This document shows positions 18,615 to 28,863 of a stretch of DNA of 64,000 nt, piece by piece; position 1 is the stretch's first letter; each line of letters starts with the position of its first letter. The notes below the pieces were generated by a model. It had not been told where the DNA came from. It was given only the letters and a program-made list of their open reading frames with translations, and searched no databases. Position numbers and translations under genes: made by a program. This DNA is from Candidatus Parcubacteria bacterium. GTDB taxonomy: Bacteria > Patescibacteriota > Saccharimonadia > UBA4664 > JBIOIQ01. The stretch is from contig OY970378.1 in the NCBI GenBank assembly GCA_963718875.1, positions 872,265 through 936,264 on the forward strand, read 5' to 3'.

Positions 18615-19322
18615 CTAGGCTCCGAAGCGACGGTTACGCTTAGCGTAATCAACTAGCGCCTCCTCCAGATCGGCTACCGTAAAGGCCGGCCAATATTTTA
18701 AGACGAATTTAAGCTCAGCGTAGGCGGCTGACCAAAGCATAAAACCACTTAGGCGCTGCTCGCCTGACGTCCGGATAATCAAATCAATTGGCGGGACGGA
18801 TGGGTCGTAAAGGTGTTGAGCTAGTTTGTCCGGAGTTACATCGTCTGCCTTTACCCCCGCACGAATCATGCTAGCTGCCGCGTCGGCTAGTTCTTGTTGG
18901 CCACCATAATTGAGGCATAGAATAATAGTTCCAGCGGTGTTTTTGGCTGTTTTTGCCTCAGCAGCCCTAATTGCAGCCGTAATTGCCGAATCTAGGTTTG
19001 TATTAGAACCCATAAAAACAACCCGTACGTTCTTTTTATGAAGCTTATTAACTTCATGGGTTGCTACCCACTTTAATAAATCCATCAGGTATGCAACTTC
19101 GGCTGGATCGCGCTGCCAATTTTCGGTGGAAAAAGCAAAAACTGAGACGTATTTTATACCCCTTTTAAAAGCTGCCTCCGCCACTAGCTTCATTCGCAAG
19201 TAGCCTCGGCGGTGGCCCTCGAAAGGTTTTAATCCCTGCTGCTTGGCCCAACGGCGATTTCCGTCAGGAATAAAGCCAATGTGCAGAGGTACTTGGGATG
19301 AGCTTGGATGATTGTTTTTCAT
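18615..19322 (-). CDS. uppS: Undecaprenyl diphosphate synthase
   Basis: HIGFIPDGNRRWA, FSTENW, NYGG, IRTSGEQRLSGF. Confidence 0.97.
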   Translation of the reverse strand: MKNNHPSSSQVPLHIGFIPDGNRRWAKQQGLKPFEGHRRGYLRMKLVAEAAFKRGIKYVSVFAFSTENWQRDPAEVAYLMDLLKWVATHEVNKLHKKNVRVVFMGSNTNLDSAITAAIRAAEAKTAKNTAGTIILCLNYGGQQELADAAASMIRAGVKADDVTPDKLAQHLYDPSVPPIDLIIRTSGEQRLSGFMLWSAAYAELKFVLKYWPAFTVADLEEALVDYAKRNRRFGA

Positions 19323-19396
19323 GTATCAATATTACCACTGTTGGAAGGGCTTAATGGCCGAGTGTTGATAAAATTATAATTTTACCTTAATAAACT

Positions 19397-19434
19397 ATCG
19401 CCGTAGCATCCCCTTCCGAGGGTGCTACGGCGAT
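19397..19434 (-). terminator. Strong hairpin after ORF 19448-19897
   Basis: ATCGCCGTAGCA...TGCTACGGCGAT perfect 12-bp stem. Confidence 0.65.
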
Positions 19435-19447
19435 GTTGGCGTCGCTC

Positions 19448-19897
19448 TCAGACGGTGCGAACGACGGTGCGCTGCGTGCAGTGCTTGACGCCCCGCGCGA
19501 AGGCGCGGGTGTGGAGGATGCTGACCTCGTCGCCGACCAGCAGGAGCTGGTTGGTCATTGCGTGGGCGCTCCCGTCCGCGGGCGCAGCCACATTGGCCGG
19601 AATGACCACCCCGTAGATCCGGTGGTAGCGGTCGAGGTCGGTCTGCGAGATGTAGTGGTCGCCACCGTGCGTGCGGTGATGCTCCACGCCCTTGCCGATC
19701 ATGGCCAGGGTTCCTCGCGCGAGGGCCTCGTTGCAGGGAACGCCGGCTGCCCGGCACTCCTGGATGTACTTGGCGACGACTTGTCCCTCGGTCGGCTTGA
19801 CCGGCGGCTGATCACCGGGGGGTAGGACGGCTCGGACGGCAGCGGTGACGTTGCCGACAGCTGAGGCAACACGCTGTCGGCGTGTAGTCGTACTCAT
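19448..19897 (-). CDS. Very GC-rich hypothetical protein with its own promoter
   Basis: TTGACT-N18-TATAGT at 19948-19977, AAGGAG upstream, strong GC at third positions, downstream hairpin. Confidence 0.7.
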   Translation of the reverse strand: MSTTTRRQRVASAVGNVTAAVRAVLPPGDQPPVKPTEGQVVAKYIQECRAAGVPCNEALARGTLAMIGKGVEHHRTHGGDHYISQTDLDRYHRIYGVVIPANVAAPADGSAHAMTNQLLLVGDEVSILHTRAFARGVKHCTQRTVVRTV

Positions 19898-20134
19898 TCT
19901 TGGACCATCTCCTTGTCGGACCCGCTCAGGATGATGCGAGTAAGGTTACTATATGCCCGCTTGTTCGAGAAAGTCAACAGTTGTTTATGCCGAAAAAAAC
20001 GTCTTTCTGTATCTATCACAGAGTAGGACAAATAAATTACTTATGAAAAAGAGGGCTACACGTAAAAAAGAGTTGTGTTGATACTTATTTTAAAAGAAAA
20101 TTTTTGTTTTTTGTACCTAGGGCCACATACAGGT

Positions 20135-20401
20135 TTAGCTAGGATCGGGGCGCCTGTTGTGAGCCAGTTGCTTGCGAGCAGAGAGCGATAAAGTTAGCAC
20201 TACCGCTGAATATACCAGCCCCGTGACACAGCTACTTATTATGGAGGCGTGGGTGCTAACAACCAAATATGTGCCGGTGGATAGAGTAGCTCCCATTAAG
20301 CCGTAAGACAATTGCAACTTTGTTTTTGATGGCCTAAAAAACAAAAAAGTTGAGAATGCCACACTGGCTAGGGCTATCACGATGTGAATAAGTAATACCA
20401 T
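20135..20401 (-). CDS. Small membrane protein downstream of cyoE
   Basis: Three hydrophobic segments. Probable start ATG 20401. Confidence 0.7.
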   Translation of the reverse strand: MVLLIHIVIALASVAFSTFLFFRPSKTKLQLSYGLMGATLSTGTYLVVSTHASIISSCVTGLVYSAVVLTLSLSARKQLAHNRRPDPS

Positions 20402-20411
20402 TACCAGTATT

Positions 20412-21266
20412 CTAAGGTAAAAGCTGACCAAAAGAAACCATTATTGAAAATGTCATAAGTACTTTGAGCGAAAACAAAAACATCTGGCGCCCCCATTGTT
20501 TATCGTCGATGGTATTAAATCCTTTTATTCCCTTACCAAGCCAAATAAGCCCAAGAATCAGCATCACTACCATATATATGTAGCCGCTATAGTGCAGAGC
20601 TGTCAAAGAGAAAGTAGCCAGTATAAACGCTACAATATATATGAGTATTTGAATTTTGGTCGTACGGGAGCCTTTTACAACCGGTAAAACTGGTATTCCA
20701 GCTGCCGCATAGTCATCCTGACGGTACATTGCTATGGCGTAAAAGTGCGGCATCTGCCAAAACACCAAAATCAAAAACAAAATGAGCGCTCCCCCATCGA
20801 AATGATTCGTAACGGCCACATATCCAGCGGCCGGTGGCATAGCTCCGGCAATACTGCCAATGATGGTGCCTAAAGGACCACGTCGCTTGGTGAATCCATA
20901 GATTGCTACATAGGTTATAAAACCCACGAGCCCTAGAAGAGCGGTTAAGACATTTGTGCCTATCAATAAAATCAAAAAGCCTAAAAGTTTTAGAATTGTG
21001 CCAAATAACAAGGCTGTAGAAGCGCTAATTTTGCCGGTGACCAGAGCTCGATTTTTTGTGCGCGCCATTTTTTGGTCAATACCGCGATCGATGTAATTAT
21101 TAAAAACACAAGCCGACGCTATCACCAGGGCAATGCCAATGAGAGTTGCGACCAACAAGCCAGCGTTAATTTTTAATTTTGACGCTAGCAGAAACCCGGC
21201 CGTGGCAGTAATAAGATTGCCATAAATAATGCCCGGCTTAGTGAGCCGGTAGTAGGTCTTGAACAA
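20412..21266 (-). CDS. cyoE: Heme o synthase (protoheme IX farnesyltransferase)
   Basis: LTKPGI, NNYIDRGIDQKMARTKNR, WQMPHFYAI. Confidence 0.96.
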   Translation of the reverse strand: MFKTYYRLTKPGIIYGNLITATAGFLLASKLKINAGLLVATLIGIALVIASACVFNNYIDRGIDQKMARTKNRALVTGKISASTALLFGTILKLLGFLILLIGTNVLTALLGLVGFITYVAIYGFTKRRGPLGTIIGSIAGAMPPAAGYVAVTNHFDGGALILFLILVFWQMPHFYAIAMYRQDDYAAAGIPVLPVVKGSRTTKIQILIYIVAFILATFSLTALHYSGYIYMVVMLILGLIWLGKGIKGFNTIDDKQWGRQMFLFSLKVLMTFSIMVSFGQLLP

Positions 21267-21276
21267 AACTATTTTT

Positions 21277-21846
21277 TTATTCCTTCAATTTTTTAGCAAG
21301 CAGCGAACCGACTGCATGGTGAATATGTGTGTTCCCGGTATCATCCGCTTCTTCCCGAGAATCCTCAAGAGGTCCAACCTCCTTGTACCCCAGCCTTTCA
21401 TAAAGCTCTCTTGCTCTGGGGTTGTCATCCTCAACTCCCAACATTGCTGTAACGACACCACGCTGCCTTATTCGCTCTTCCATTTCTGCAATCAACCTAG
21501 TGCCTAGCCCTAAGCCACGCAATGATTCCATCGTCGCAAGCTGCCACATATAGCCACCACCTTCGTGGTACATATAATCAATGCCGCCAATCGAAACAGG
21601 CTTACCGTTAGGAGCCCTTACCGCAAGATAGTCGACTTCGCCGGATGCTACCCTGTCTAAAGCTCGTTGAACTGAAAAAGGGTGTGATGGTCCGCCCGAC
21701 CATCCAATACCCCCCATGTCGGCTTCAGTAAGGTCAGTCACAGAAAGTGAATCAACTCCGGCAAGCTCAATCTGCCTCCGAACTTGTTGGGTCAGCGCAG
21801 TTTCATTGTCTCTCTCGTCGAAAGCATTTGCGTCGTTTTCGTTCAT
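21277..21846 (-). CDS. GNAT-family acetyltransferase
   Basis: RGLGLGTRL and NPRARELYERLGY motifs. Confidence 0.88.
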   Translation of the reverse strand: MNENDANAFDERDNETALTQQVRRQIELAGVDSLSVTDLTEADMGGIGWSGGPSHPFSVQRALDRVASGEVDYLAVRAPNGKPVSIGGIDYMYHEGGGYMWQLATMESLRGLGLGTRLIAEMEERIRQRGVVTAMLGVEDDNPRARELYERLGYKEVGPLEDSREEADDTGNTHIHHAVGSLLAKKLKE

Positions 21847-21951
21847 ATTGTGTAGGTTAGCATAAATTTTCTTTTCTGACAGGTAGGAGGATCTAGGGTC
21901 ATGGTATAGTTATTATTATGATAGCGGTTACGTCTACATGGGTTTAGGTTA

Positions 21952-22872
21952 GTGTCAAAAGTGAGCAAAAAAAGACTTAATCCGGGATGGATTGCGTTAG
22001 GCGCTTTTCTGGCGATAGTCGATTTTGTATTGCTCATCAGATATTTGCTGCACGGTAAAAACGTTGCAGTGTTTAACCCGCAAGGGTTGATTGCTCACGA
22101 GCAACTTAGTCTTATAATCTTAGTTGTAACTGTGCTCCTTACTATTGGCATCCCTACACTTTTTTTGCTGTTTTTTACAGCCTGGAAATATAGGGAATCG
22201 AATACCAAAGCAGTTCGTGTTTCTAACGGCCATCATAGTAAGTTTCTCTTCCTTGCTATATGGCTAATCCCAACCACGTTTATGATTGTACTTGCTACTA
22301 TCATGTGGTCCGCTACCCATAGGCTGGTTCCGCAAGAATCGATTGTTTCTGACGTTAAGCCCTTGAGAATCCAGGTCGTATCAATGCGCTGGAAGTGGTT
22401 GTTTATATATCCCGATCAAAAAATTGCGACGGTCAATTTTGTTCAGATTCCGCTAAATACACCGGTCCAATTTGAATTAACCGCCGATGAAGCGCCAATG
22501 AGTTCGTTCTGGATCCCAAATCTTGGCGGCCAACTGTACTCAATGACTGGCCATGTCAACCGTTTAAACCTGATGGCTGAGACGCCCGGAGATTATCCGG
22601 GGTCGTCGGCCGAAATAAATGGGGCTGGCTTTGCCGGCATGAAATTTACCGCCCGCGCCAGTAATACGGAAGATTTTGACAGTTGGGTTCAAGAAGTAAA
22701 GCAATCTCCAGATGTGCTCGATGCTGCTACATACCAAAGTATATTAAAACCGAGCGAAAACAATCCCACCGCATTCTATTCGGCCTACGACAGCAGCCTG
22801 TATGATAAAGTGGTTATGAAATATATGGGTTCACACGCCCACAAACCAACAAAATACGAGGCGGGACACTAA
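21952..22872 (+). CDS. cyoA: Cytochrome bo3 ubiquinol oxidase subunit II
   Basis: WKWLFIYP, MSSFWIPNLGGQLYSM, SAEINGAGFAGMKF. No CuA Cys ligands. Confidence 0.93.
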   Translation: MSKVSKKRLNPGWIALGAFLAIVDFVLLIRYLLHGKNVAVFNPQGLIAHEQLSLIILVVTVLLTIGIPTLFLLFFTAWKYRESNTKAVRVSNGHHSKFLFLAIWLIPTTFMIVLATIMWSATHRLVPQESIVSDVKPLRIQVVSMRWKWLFIYPDQKIATVNFVQIPLNTPVQFELTADEAPMSSFWIPNLGGQLYSMTGHVNRLNLMAETPGDYPGSSAEINGAGFAGMKFTARASNTEDFDSWVQEVKQSPDVLDAATYQSILKPSENNPTAFYSAYDSSLYDKVVMKYMGSHAHKPTKYEAGH

Positions 22873-24962
22873 TGAAAGAACTACTTCTTGGTAAATTAGA
22901 CTGGAGCGCATTGCCACACGAATGGTTTACCATTGCTGGATCGATAGCCTTTATCGCTTTGGCATTAATTGTCGCCATTGTCATCACCCGTCAGAAACGC
23001 TGGAAATGGCTGTGGAACGAATGGCTGACATCGGTTGATCCAAAAAAGATTGGAATCATGTACTTTATTGTTGGAGGCTTTATGCTTCTGCGCGGGGGCT
23101 TGGATGCCATTATGTTATGGCTCCAGCAAGCCCTGTCAGCCGGCTCTTCACACGGCTTCCTTTCGGCTGACCATTTCCAGCAAATCTTTACAGCTCACGG
23201 TAATATCATGGTTTTCTTTGTGGCCATGGCCTTTATTTTTGGACTTATTAACTACATTGTGCCGCTACAGATTGGTGCGCGTGACCTGGCGTCACCCTTC
23301 TTGAACACCTTGGGATTTTGGCTATATGTCGGTGGAGTCCTCATGGTAAACATGTTCTTCCTCTTTGGTGGCGAATATGCCGCGACGGGCTGGCTGGCGG
23401 TTGCTCCATTGAGCGGGAAAGAATTTAGCCCAGGAGTGGGTGTGGATTATTGGATATGGAGCCTGCAGATTTCTGGTATTGGTACAACGCTCGGTGCTAT
23501 TAACTTTATTATGACGATTCTAAAAATGCGCGCACCAGGCATGAGCTTTCGAAAGATGCCGCTGTTTACCTGGGGTAGCTTATGCAGCATGCTCATGGCA
23601 GTAACCGTGTTCCCGCTGCTTACCGCAACGCTCTTCTTGATGTTTTTTGACCGGTATTTAGGCACGCACTTTTTTACGACCACGGGCGGCGGTGATCCCA
23701 TGATGTATACCAATCTTATTTGGATGTGGGGACACCCAGAGGTTTATATTTTGATGCTGCCTGCCTTTGGAGTGTTTTCTGAAGTAGTTTCAACATTTAG
23801 CCGCAAGAAAATTGCCAGCTATACGTCAAACGTACTGGGGATGATTGGCGTTTCAGCGCTGGCCCTTTCTGTGTGGTTGCATCATTTCTTTACCATGGGT
23901 GCGGGTGCAAATGTAAATGCATTCTTTGGGGTTATGACAATGATAATTGCAATACCGACATCTGTCTTGGTGTTTACGTGGATAGCTACTATGCACAAAG
24001 GGCGAATACGGTTTGATACGCCTATGCTATGGTTCCTTGGGTTTATCTCTATATTTGCAATTGGCGGCATGGCCGGTGTAATGCTGGCCGTGCCGCCGGC
24101 AGATTTCCAGCTGCACAATAGTCTGTTCCTGGTGGCGCATTTCCATTCTATGGTCATTGGCGGAGTGCTGTTTGGTATCTTTTGCGGCATAACGTACTGG
24201 TTTCCAAAGATTACGGGCTTTAAGCTTAATGAGCGGATTGGCCGGAATGCCTTTTGGTGCTGGATAATTGGATTCTGCATGTCTTTTATTCCAATGTACG
24301 TACTGGGGCTTATGGGAGCCACAAGGCGGCTTGACCATTACGACTCTTCCACTGGCTGGCAGCCATTGTTTATCCTCATGTTGATCGGTGGGATAATCAT
24401 CATGGCGGGTGTGGCTTTGCAGCTTGCCCAGATTTTAGCCAGTGTTATCCAGAAAAAACGCTTGCGCGATACAACCGGTGATCCCTGGAATGGGCGAACC
24501 CTGGAATGGGCTACCGCTTCACCGCCACAGTTTTACAATTTTACCGTTATCCCACACGTTACCACTCGCGATGCATTTTGGGAAATGAAGCAACACGGAC
24601 TACCAAAACCCGCCTATGAAGATATCCATATGCCCAAAAATACAGCTGCTGGCATATATATATCTATCTTTGCCTTCTTGGTTGGCTTTGCTTTTGTGTG
24701 GGAGATTATCTGGCTGGCTGTGGTATCGATAATTGGCATTATTGTAGTGTTTGTTATTCACGCCTTCAACGAACACAGCGAGTACATCCTTACGGCTGCA
24801 GAGGTGCAACAACTCGAGGAAGCTAGGATAAAGAAAGCCCCGGTTGCTAGCCCAAACAAGCATGACGATGCGGATGAAGATATGAGTGTTTGGAAACTTG
24901 TAAAAGTTGTGTTTGCATTCATTTGGGATGTTGTAAAAAACAAACGGTGGCGAAAATGGTAA
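22872..24962 (+). CDS. cyoB: Cytochrome bo3 ubiquinol oxidase subunit I
   Basis: WGHPEVY, WLHHFF and VAHFH heme/CuB ligands. Quinol-site residues in LRGGLDA and DHFQQ. Confidence 0.97.
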   Translation: MKELLLGKLDWSALPHEWFTIAGSIAFIALALIVAIVITRQKRWKWLWNEWLTSVDPKKIGIMYFIVGGFMLLRGGLDAIMLWLQQALSAGSSHGFLSADHFQQIFTAHGNIMVFFVAMAFIFGLINYIVPLQIGARDLASPFLNTLGFWLYVGGVLMVNMFFLFGGEYAATGWLAVAPLSGKEFSPGVGVDYWIWSLQISGIGTTLGAINFIMTILKMRAPGMSFRKMPLFTWGSLCSMLMAVTVFPLLTATLFLMFFDRYLGTHFFTTTGGGDPMMYTNLIWMWGHPEVYILMLPAFGVFSEVVSTFSRKKIASYTSNVLGMIGVSALALSVWLHHFFTMGAGANVNAFFGVMTMIIAIPTSVLVFTWIATMHKGRIRFDTPMLWFLGFISIFAIGGMAGVMLAVPPADFQLHNSLFLVAHFHSMVIGGVLFGIFCGITYWFPKITGFKLNERIGRNAFWCWIIGFCMSFIPMYVLGLMGATRRLDHYDSSTGWQPLFILMLIGGIIIMAGVALQLAQILASVIQKKRLRDTTGDPWNGRTLEWATASPPQFYNFTVIPHVTTRDAFWEMKQHGLPKPAYEDIHMPKNTAAGIYISIFAFLVGFAFVWEIIWLAVVSIIGIIVVFVIHAFNEHSEYILTAAEVQQLEEARIKKAPVASPNKHDDADEDMSVWKLVKVVFAFIWDVVKNKRWRKW

Positions 24963-25549
24963 CAGAACCCGGGATGAGCCACCACGAATCAGAAGCCAAC
25001 GATAGAGCAATGTTTGGTTTCTGGGTTTATTTGATGACAGATCTTTTAATGTTTGCTGTTCTTTTCGCAGTGTACGCGGTGTTGCACAGCCATACGCTCG
25101 GCGGAGAGTCAGGACGTGAACTGTTTAGCCTCCCGCTGGCATTGACTGAAACCCTGATTCTTCTCACTAGTAGCTTTACGTGCGGGATCGCCATGATCGC
25201 TGCTCGCCGGGGCAACAAAACCCAAACACTCTTTTGGTTCGGCATTACGTTTGCACTTGGTCTGGCTTTCCTTGGTTTGGAATTGAAAGAATTTGCTGAG
25301 TTTATTCATGAGGGCCACACTCTACGCAGCAATGCATTCTTGTCCTCGTTCTTTGTGCTGGTGGGAACGCACGGGCTACACATTACTTCCGGACTGCTGT
25401 GGATGGCGATTACCCTGGGATTTATTTTGAAACGTGGACTTAACTCTCACATGGTGCGCAAGTTGGCCTTGCTAAGCTTGTTTTGGCACTTTCTGGATAT
25501 TGTGTGGATCTTTATCTTCACCATTGTGTACTTAAGGGCATTCGTATGA
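24956..25549 (+). CDS. cyoC: Cytochrome bo3 subunit III
   Basis: FGFWVYLMTD, LVGTHGLH, FWHFLDIVW. Probable start ATG 24956. Confidence 0.95.
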   Translation: MVTEPGMSHHESEANDRAMFGFWVYLMTDLLMFAVLFAVYAVLHSHTLGGESGRELFSLPLALTETLILLTSSFTCGIAMIAARRGNKTQTLFWFGITFALGLAFLGLELKEFAEFIHEGHTLRSNAFLSSFFVLVGTHGLHITSGLLWMAITLGFILKRGLNSHMVRKLALLSLFWHFLDIVWIFIFTIVYLRAFV

Positions 25550-26239
25550 GCACTCCATCACACAACTCAAATGGCGAGTCAAAGAGCGAACATGGAACTA
25601 TGGCATCCTATGTAATCGGATTTATACTGTCTTTGGTATTCACCTTCATACCGTACTATTTGGTGGTAAGCCAAACCATTTCGGGTAACTGCTTTGCTGG
25701 CAACAATATTAGTATTTGCTGTGATACAAATGATCGTCCAAATAACATTTTTTCTGCACTTGGGGCGTGGGCCAAAACCAAATTGGAACTTGTTCTTCTT
25801 CATAGCGACGGTCGGTATTATTCTGGTCGTGGTGGGAGGCTCAATACTGATTATCAACAACCTGTACTACAATATGCTGCCACTAGACCAGGCCAAGAAG
25901 CTTACAAACGGTGAGGGTATATACCAGATAGGTGGTGAAAAGACCGGAGCTTGTCAGGAGATACAAGCCAATCACAAAATTACGATTAAAAATGGCTTAG
26001 TGAGTCCTCTGCACACTATAGCGCATAAGTGCGACACACTGACGTTTATCAATGAAGACAATGAAGTGCGAGAAATTACTTTTGGAACGCATCCTGAGCA
26101 CGGTGTGTATGCAGGGGAAGATGAACTGGTGGTTCGAAAAGGGCGAAGCAAGTCAATAACGCTGTCTGAGCCGGGTACCTATCAGTTCCATGATCATTTA
26201 CAAGCCGAGATAGCCGGCGACTTTTCCGTAACCCCGTGA
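25546..26239 (+). CDS. cyoD: Cytochrome bo3 subunit IV fused to a cupredoxin-like domain, with an apparent frameshift near 25688
   Basis: HGTMASYVIGFILSLVFT in one frame, then QMIVQITFFLHL...NNLYYNM and CDTLTFIN...GTYQFHDHL in the +1 frame. Confidence 0.8.
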
Positions 26240-26262
26240 ATAGCCTGAGCTCAACACCCCGA

Positions 26263-26465
26263 CTGTCATCCCGGACCGGAAGCCGAGCCAAACAAATGGG
26301 CAGCTCGGTGCTCCGGATCCGGCCATCGACTCTGAGGCCTGTAGTCCTCAGGCTCAGGCTCGAAGAGGATCTCTTGTCTAGATTAAGAGGTTCTCAAATA
26401 TTAGGAACGGCCATTTGATACTAGCCACGCCACGGCGCATCTTCGACTTCCTCTTCAGGATGATT
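26263..26465. repeat. Nested REP-like cluster after the cyo operon
   Basis: TGTCATCCCGGA...GAGGATCTC and ...CTTCAGGATGA. Shares blocks with 11507-11627 and 1218-1299. Confidence 0.7.
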
Positions 26466-26507
26466 GTTAAATGCTACAATTAGCTCTTATTGTAATGGAT
26501 TTGCAAC

Positions 26508-28268
26508 ATGAATCGTACTGTTTATAAACATTTATTGAATTCTTACGGCCGCCGGTTTGGCTATTGGTTTGGTGTTGTTACAGAGTTGGTGAGGCTATTA
26601 TGTCTGCGCGTTCTAAGCGCCGTTTTTATGGCTCAAGCGGTCGCAAAAGTGGCGGCCGGAGATGTTCCCGCTGCAAAGCAGAGTATCTTGTATTTTTTGG
26701 TGCTGTTTTGTGTGGGCCTAACCGCTGGGGCAATTGGTGATCTTGTAGCCTTTAAATCGGAAAACATTCAATATCGGCGGCTGTTACTTGATTTCTACAC
26801 AAGGTTAACAGGAAAAGACATGTCGTTTTACCGAGATAATCAAACCGGCTACTTAGCGAGCGCATTCCGACAGTACTTAGATGCGGCTATAGTATTGGCG
26901 CGGTTTTTCCGTTGGAACGTACTTGGCACGATTGTATCGTTATTGGTGCCCGTAGCAGTACTTTTGTTTATCAGCTGGCGAGCTGGAGTAGCTGCGCTCG
27001 CGATAGTATTAGTTCAAGTTGTTTACGTAATATGGAGCTCCGCCAAGGCCAATAAATACCGCGATCAAACTCACGAGGTCTACCGCAAGCTAACTGGCGA
27101 AGTCGCGGATGATATTACCAATATCGTTTCACTCAAATCCGGCGGACAAGACCAAAGCAAAAGGATAGAGGCTATTGCCAAGAAAGAAACTCAGGCTTTT
27201 TGGTTGATGCGCAAAACTAACACTCTATTGGATTTTCCTCGTAGCCTCATCACGGCTGTCGGCGTGACAGCTGTTTTTTACCTGATTATATCTAAGTCTT
27301 CTTCTAGTCCAGCTTCGATTGGGTTAATTGTACTTACGCTTACATACATGTTCCAAATGATGCGTAATGTCGCTGATTTGCCCGATCTAATCCAGCGGCA
27401 TGACGACCTTATTACCAAGCTATATCCCACGCTGCAATACTTAAGTCCAGATCATGAAAATATTGTTGACCCGCCCGTTCCCCAGGATTTAAAAATTACC
27501 AATGGAGCTATTAGTATTAAAAACGTTAGTTTTAGCTACCAGTCCCACTCTCAGAGGCGTAAGCGAATTGATGTCTTCAATAATTTTAGCCTGGAGATAG
27601 CCGGCGGCGAAAGAGTGGGTGTGGTTGGGCTATCCGGTATGGGCAAAAGTACTTTAGCCAGCCTTTTGATGCGTTTTGACGATGTTGATTCGGGCACCAT
27701 TAAGATTGATGGGATTGATTTGCGTGAGGTTAAGCAGGCGGAGCTGCACCAAAAAATAGCCTACGTTCCGCAGGAGCCTTTACTATTTCATCGCACCGTT
27801 AGAGACAACATTGCCTATTTTAACCCCGCTGCAAGCCAAGCTGACATAATTCGAGCCGCCAAAGCGGCTCATGCGCACGACTTTATTGAGCGTTTGCCAA
27901 AAGGATACGACACGATTGTGGGCGAACGTGGACTTAAGTTATCCGGCGGGCAAAAACAGCGGGTGGTGATAGCTCGGGCAATTCTAAAGAACGCCCCGAT
28001 TATGATTTTTGATGAAGCCACCAGCGCTCTGGATAGTGAGAGTGAGCAAATTATTCAACAGGCCTTGCCGGAGATTATTGGCAGTCAAACTGCTATTATA
28101 ATTGCCCACCGCTTAAGTACAGTGGCGGGCTTAGACCGAATTATCGTGATCCATGATGGCGTAGTGGAAGAAGAAGGCACTCACAATCAGTTACTTAAAC
28201 AAAAAGGGCGTTATTTTGCGCTGTGGCAAAAGCAAACTGCTGGAAACGTGATAAAGCTTCCATCTTGA
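26508..28268 (+). CDS. ABC exporter, fused permease and ATP-binding domains
   Basis: TM domain, GLSGMGKS, LSGGQKQR, IFDEATSALD, AHRLST. Confidence 0.95.
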   Translation: MNRTVYKHLLNSYGRRFGYWFGVVTELVRLLCLRVLSAVFMAQAVAKVAAGDVPAAKQSILYFLVLFCVGLTAGAIGDLVAFKSENIQYRRLLLDFYTRLTGKDMSFYRDNQTGYLASAFRQYLDAAIVLARFFRWNVLGTIVSLLVPVAVLLFISWRAGVAALAIVLVQVVYVIWSSAKANKYRDQTHEVYRKLTGEVADDITNIVSLKSGGQDQSKRIEAIAKKETQAFWLMRKTNTLLDFPRSLITAVGVTAVFYLIISKSSSSPASIGLIVLTLTYMFQMMRNVADLPDLIQRHDDLITKLYPTLQYLSPDHENIVDPPVPQDLKITNGAISIKNVSFSYQSHSQRRKRIDVFNNFSLEIAGGERVGVVGLSGMGKSTLASLLMRFDDVDSGTIKIDGIDLREVKQAELHQKIAYVPQEPLLFHRTVRDNIAYFNPAASQADIIRAAKAAHAHDFIERLPKGYDTIVGERGLKLSGGQKQRVVIARAILKNAPIMIFDEATSALDSESEQIIQQALPEIIGSQTAIIIAHRLSTVAGLDRIIVIHDGVVEEEGTHNQLLKQKGRYFALWQKQTAGNVIKLPS

Positions 28269-28323
28269 AGTAGAGATAGGCTAGCGCCATGCACAGCAAT
28301 CAAACCCGACAGTCTCTTTACGC

Positions 28324-28725
28324 TTAAGCATCTTGAATTACTGCCAGAATGTTACCAGCAGGATCTTTAAACCATGCAATTGACGGGCCATAGCCCTCCT
28401 TGCCGCGGGCAATGCCTTTGGCGTCGGTTATTATTGGGCCATCTTGGTAGCTTTCAAACTTAACGCCGGCGGCCGTAAGCGCATCGACCGTTTGATCGAT
28501 ATTGGGAACCACAAAATTGAGCACTGTGAAAGTAGCTGGCATGTGTTGGTCGCCTTTAGGATAAAGCATTACCATGCCTCCCCCGGCCAGACGAATGTTG
28601 AGCAAATCGGGCATATGCGGATCGTCAGACACATCCAGACTTAAGGTGTTTCCATAAAAAGTTTTGGCTACGGCAACATCATTGACTGAAAAACTACTGA
28701 ATGCTTGTATGTCTTTAAACATCAT
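28324..28725 (-). CDS. VOC/glyoxalase family protein
   Basis: AKTFYGNTL, IAWFKDPAGNIL. Confidence 0.9.
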   Translation of the reverse strand: MMFKDIQAFSSFSVNDVAVAKTFYGNTLSLDVSDDPHMPDLLNIRLAGGGMVMLYPKGDQHMPATFTVLNFVVPNIDQTVDALTAAGVKFESYQDGPIITDAKGIARGKEGYGPSIAWFKDPAGNILAVIQDA

Positions 28726-28863
28726 AGTCTCCTAATTACATGTCTATTCTACTCTTTTTTATGGCTAGATTGAGATATGCACGAGATACCGTGCTCATGA
28801 CCAACTATTACTTTTAACCTATTTACGTGTCTTTAAATTAATGTGCTTTAATAAAAGTAGTAA

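Noticed and set aside
19422-19825. Overlapping ORFs on both strands in GC-rich islands (also 12317-12880 and 38061-38762)
   Set aside because: Shadow ORFs of GC-rich genes. Promoter, RBS and terminator support only one frame each.
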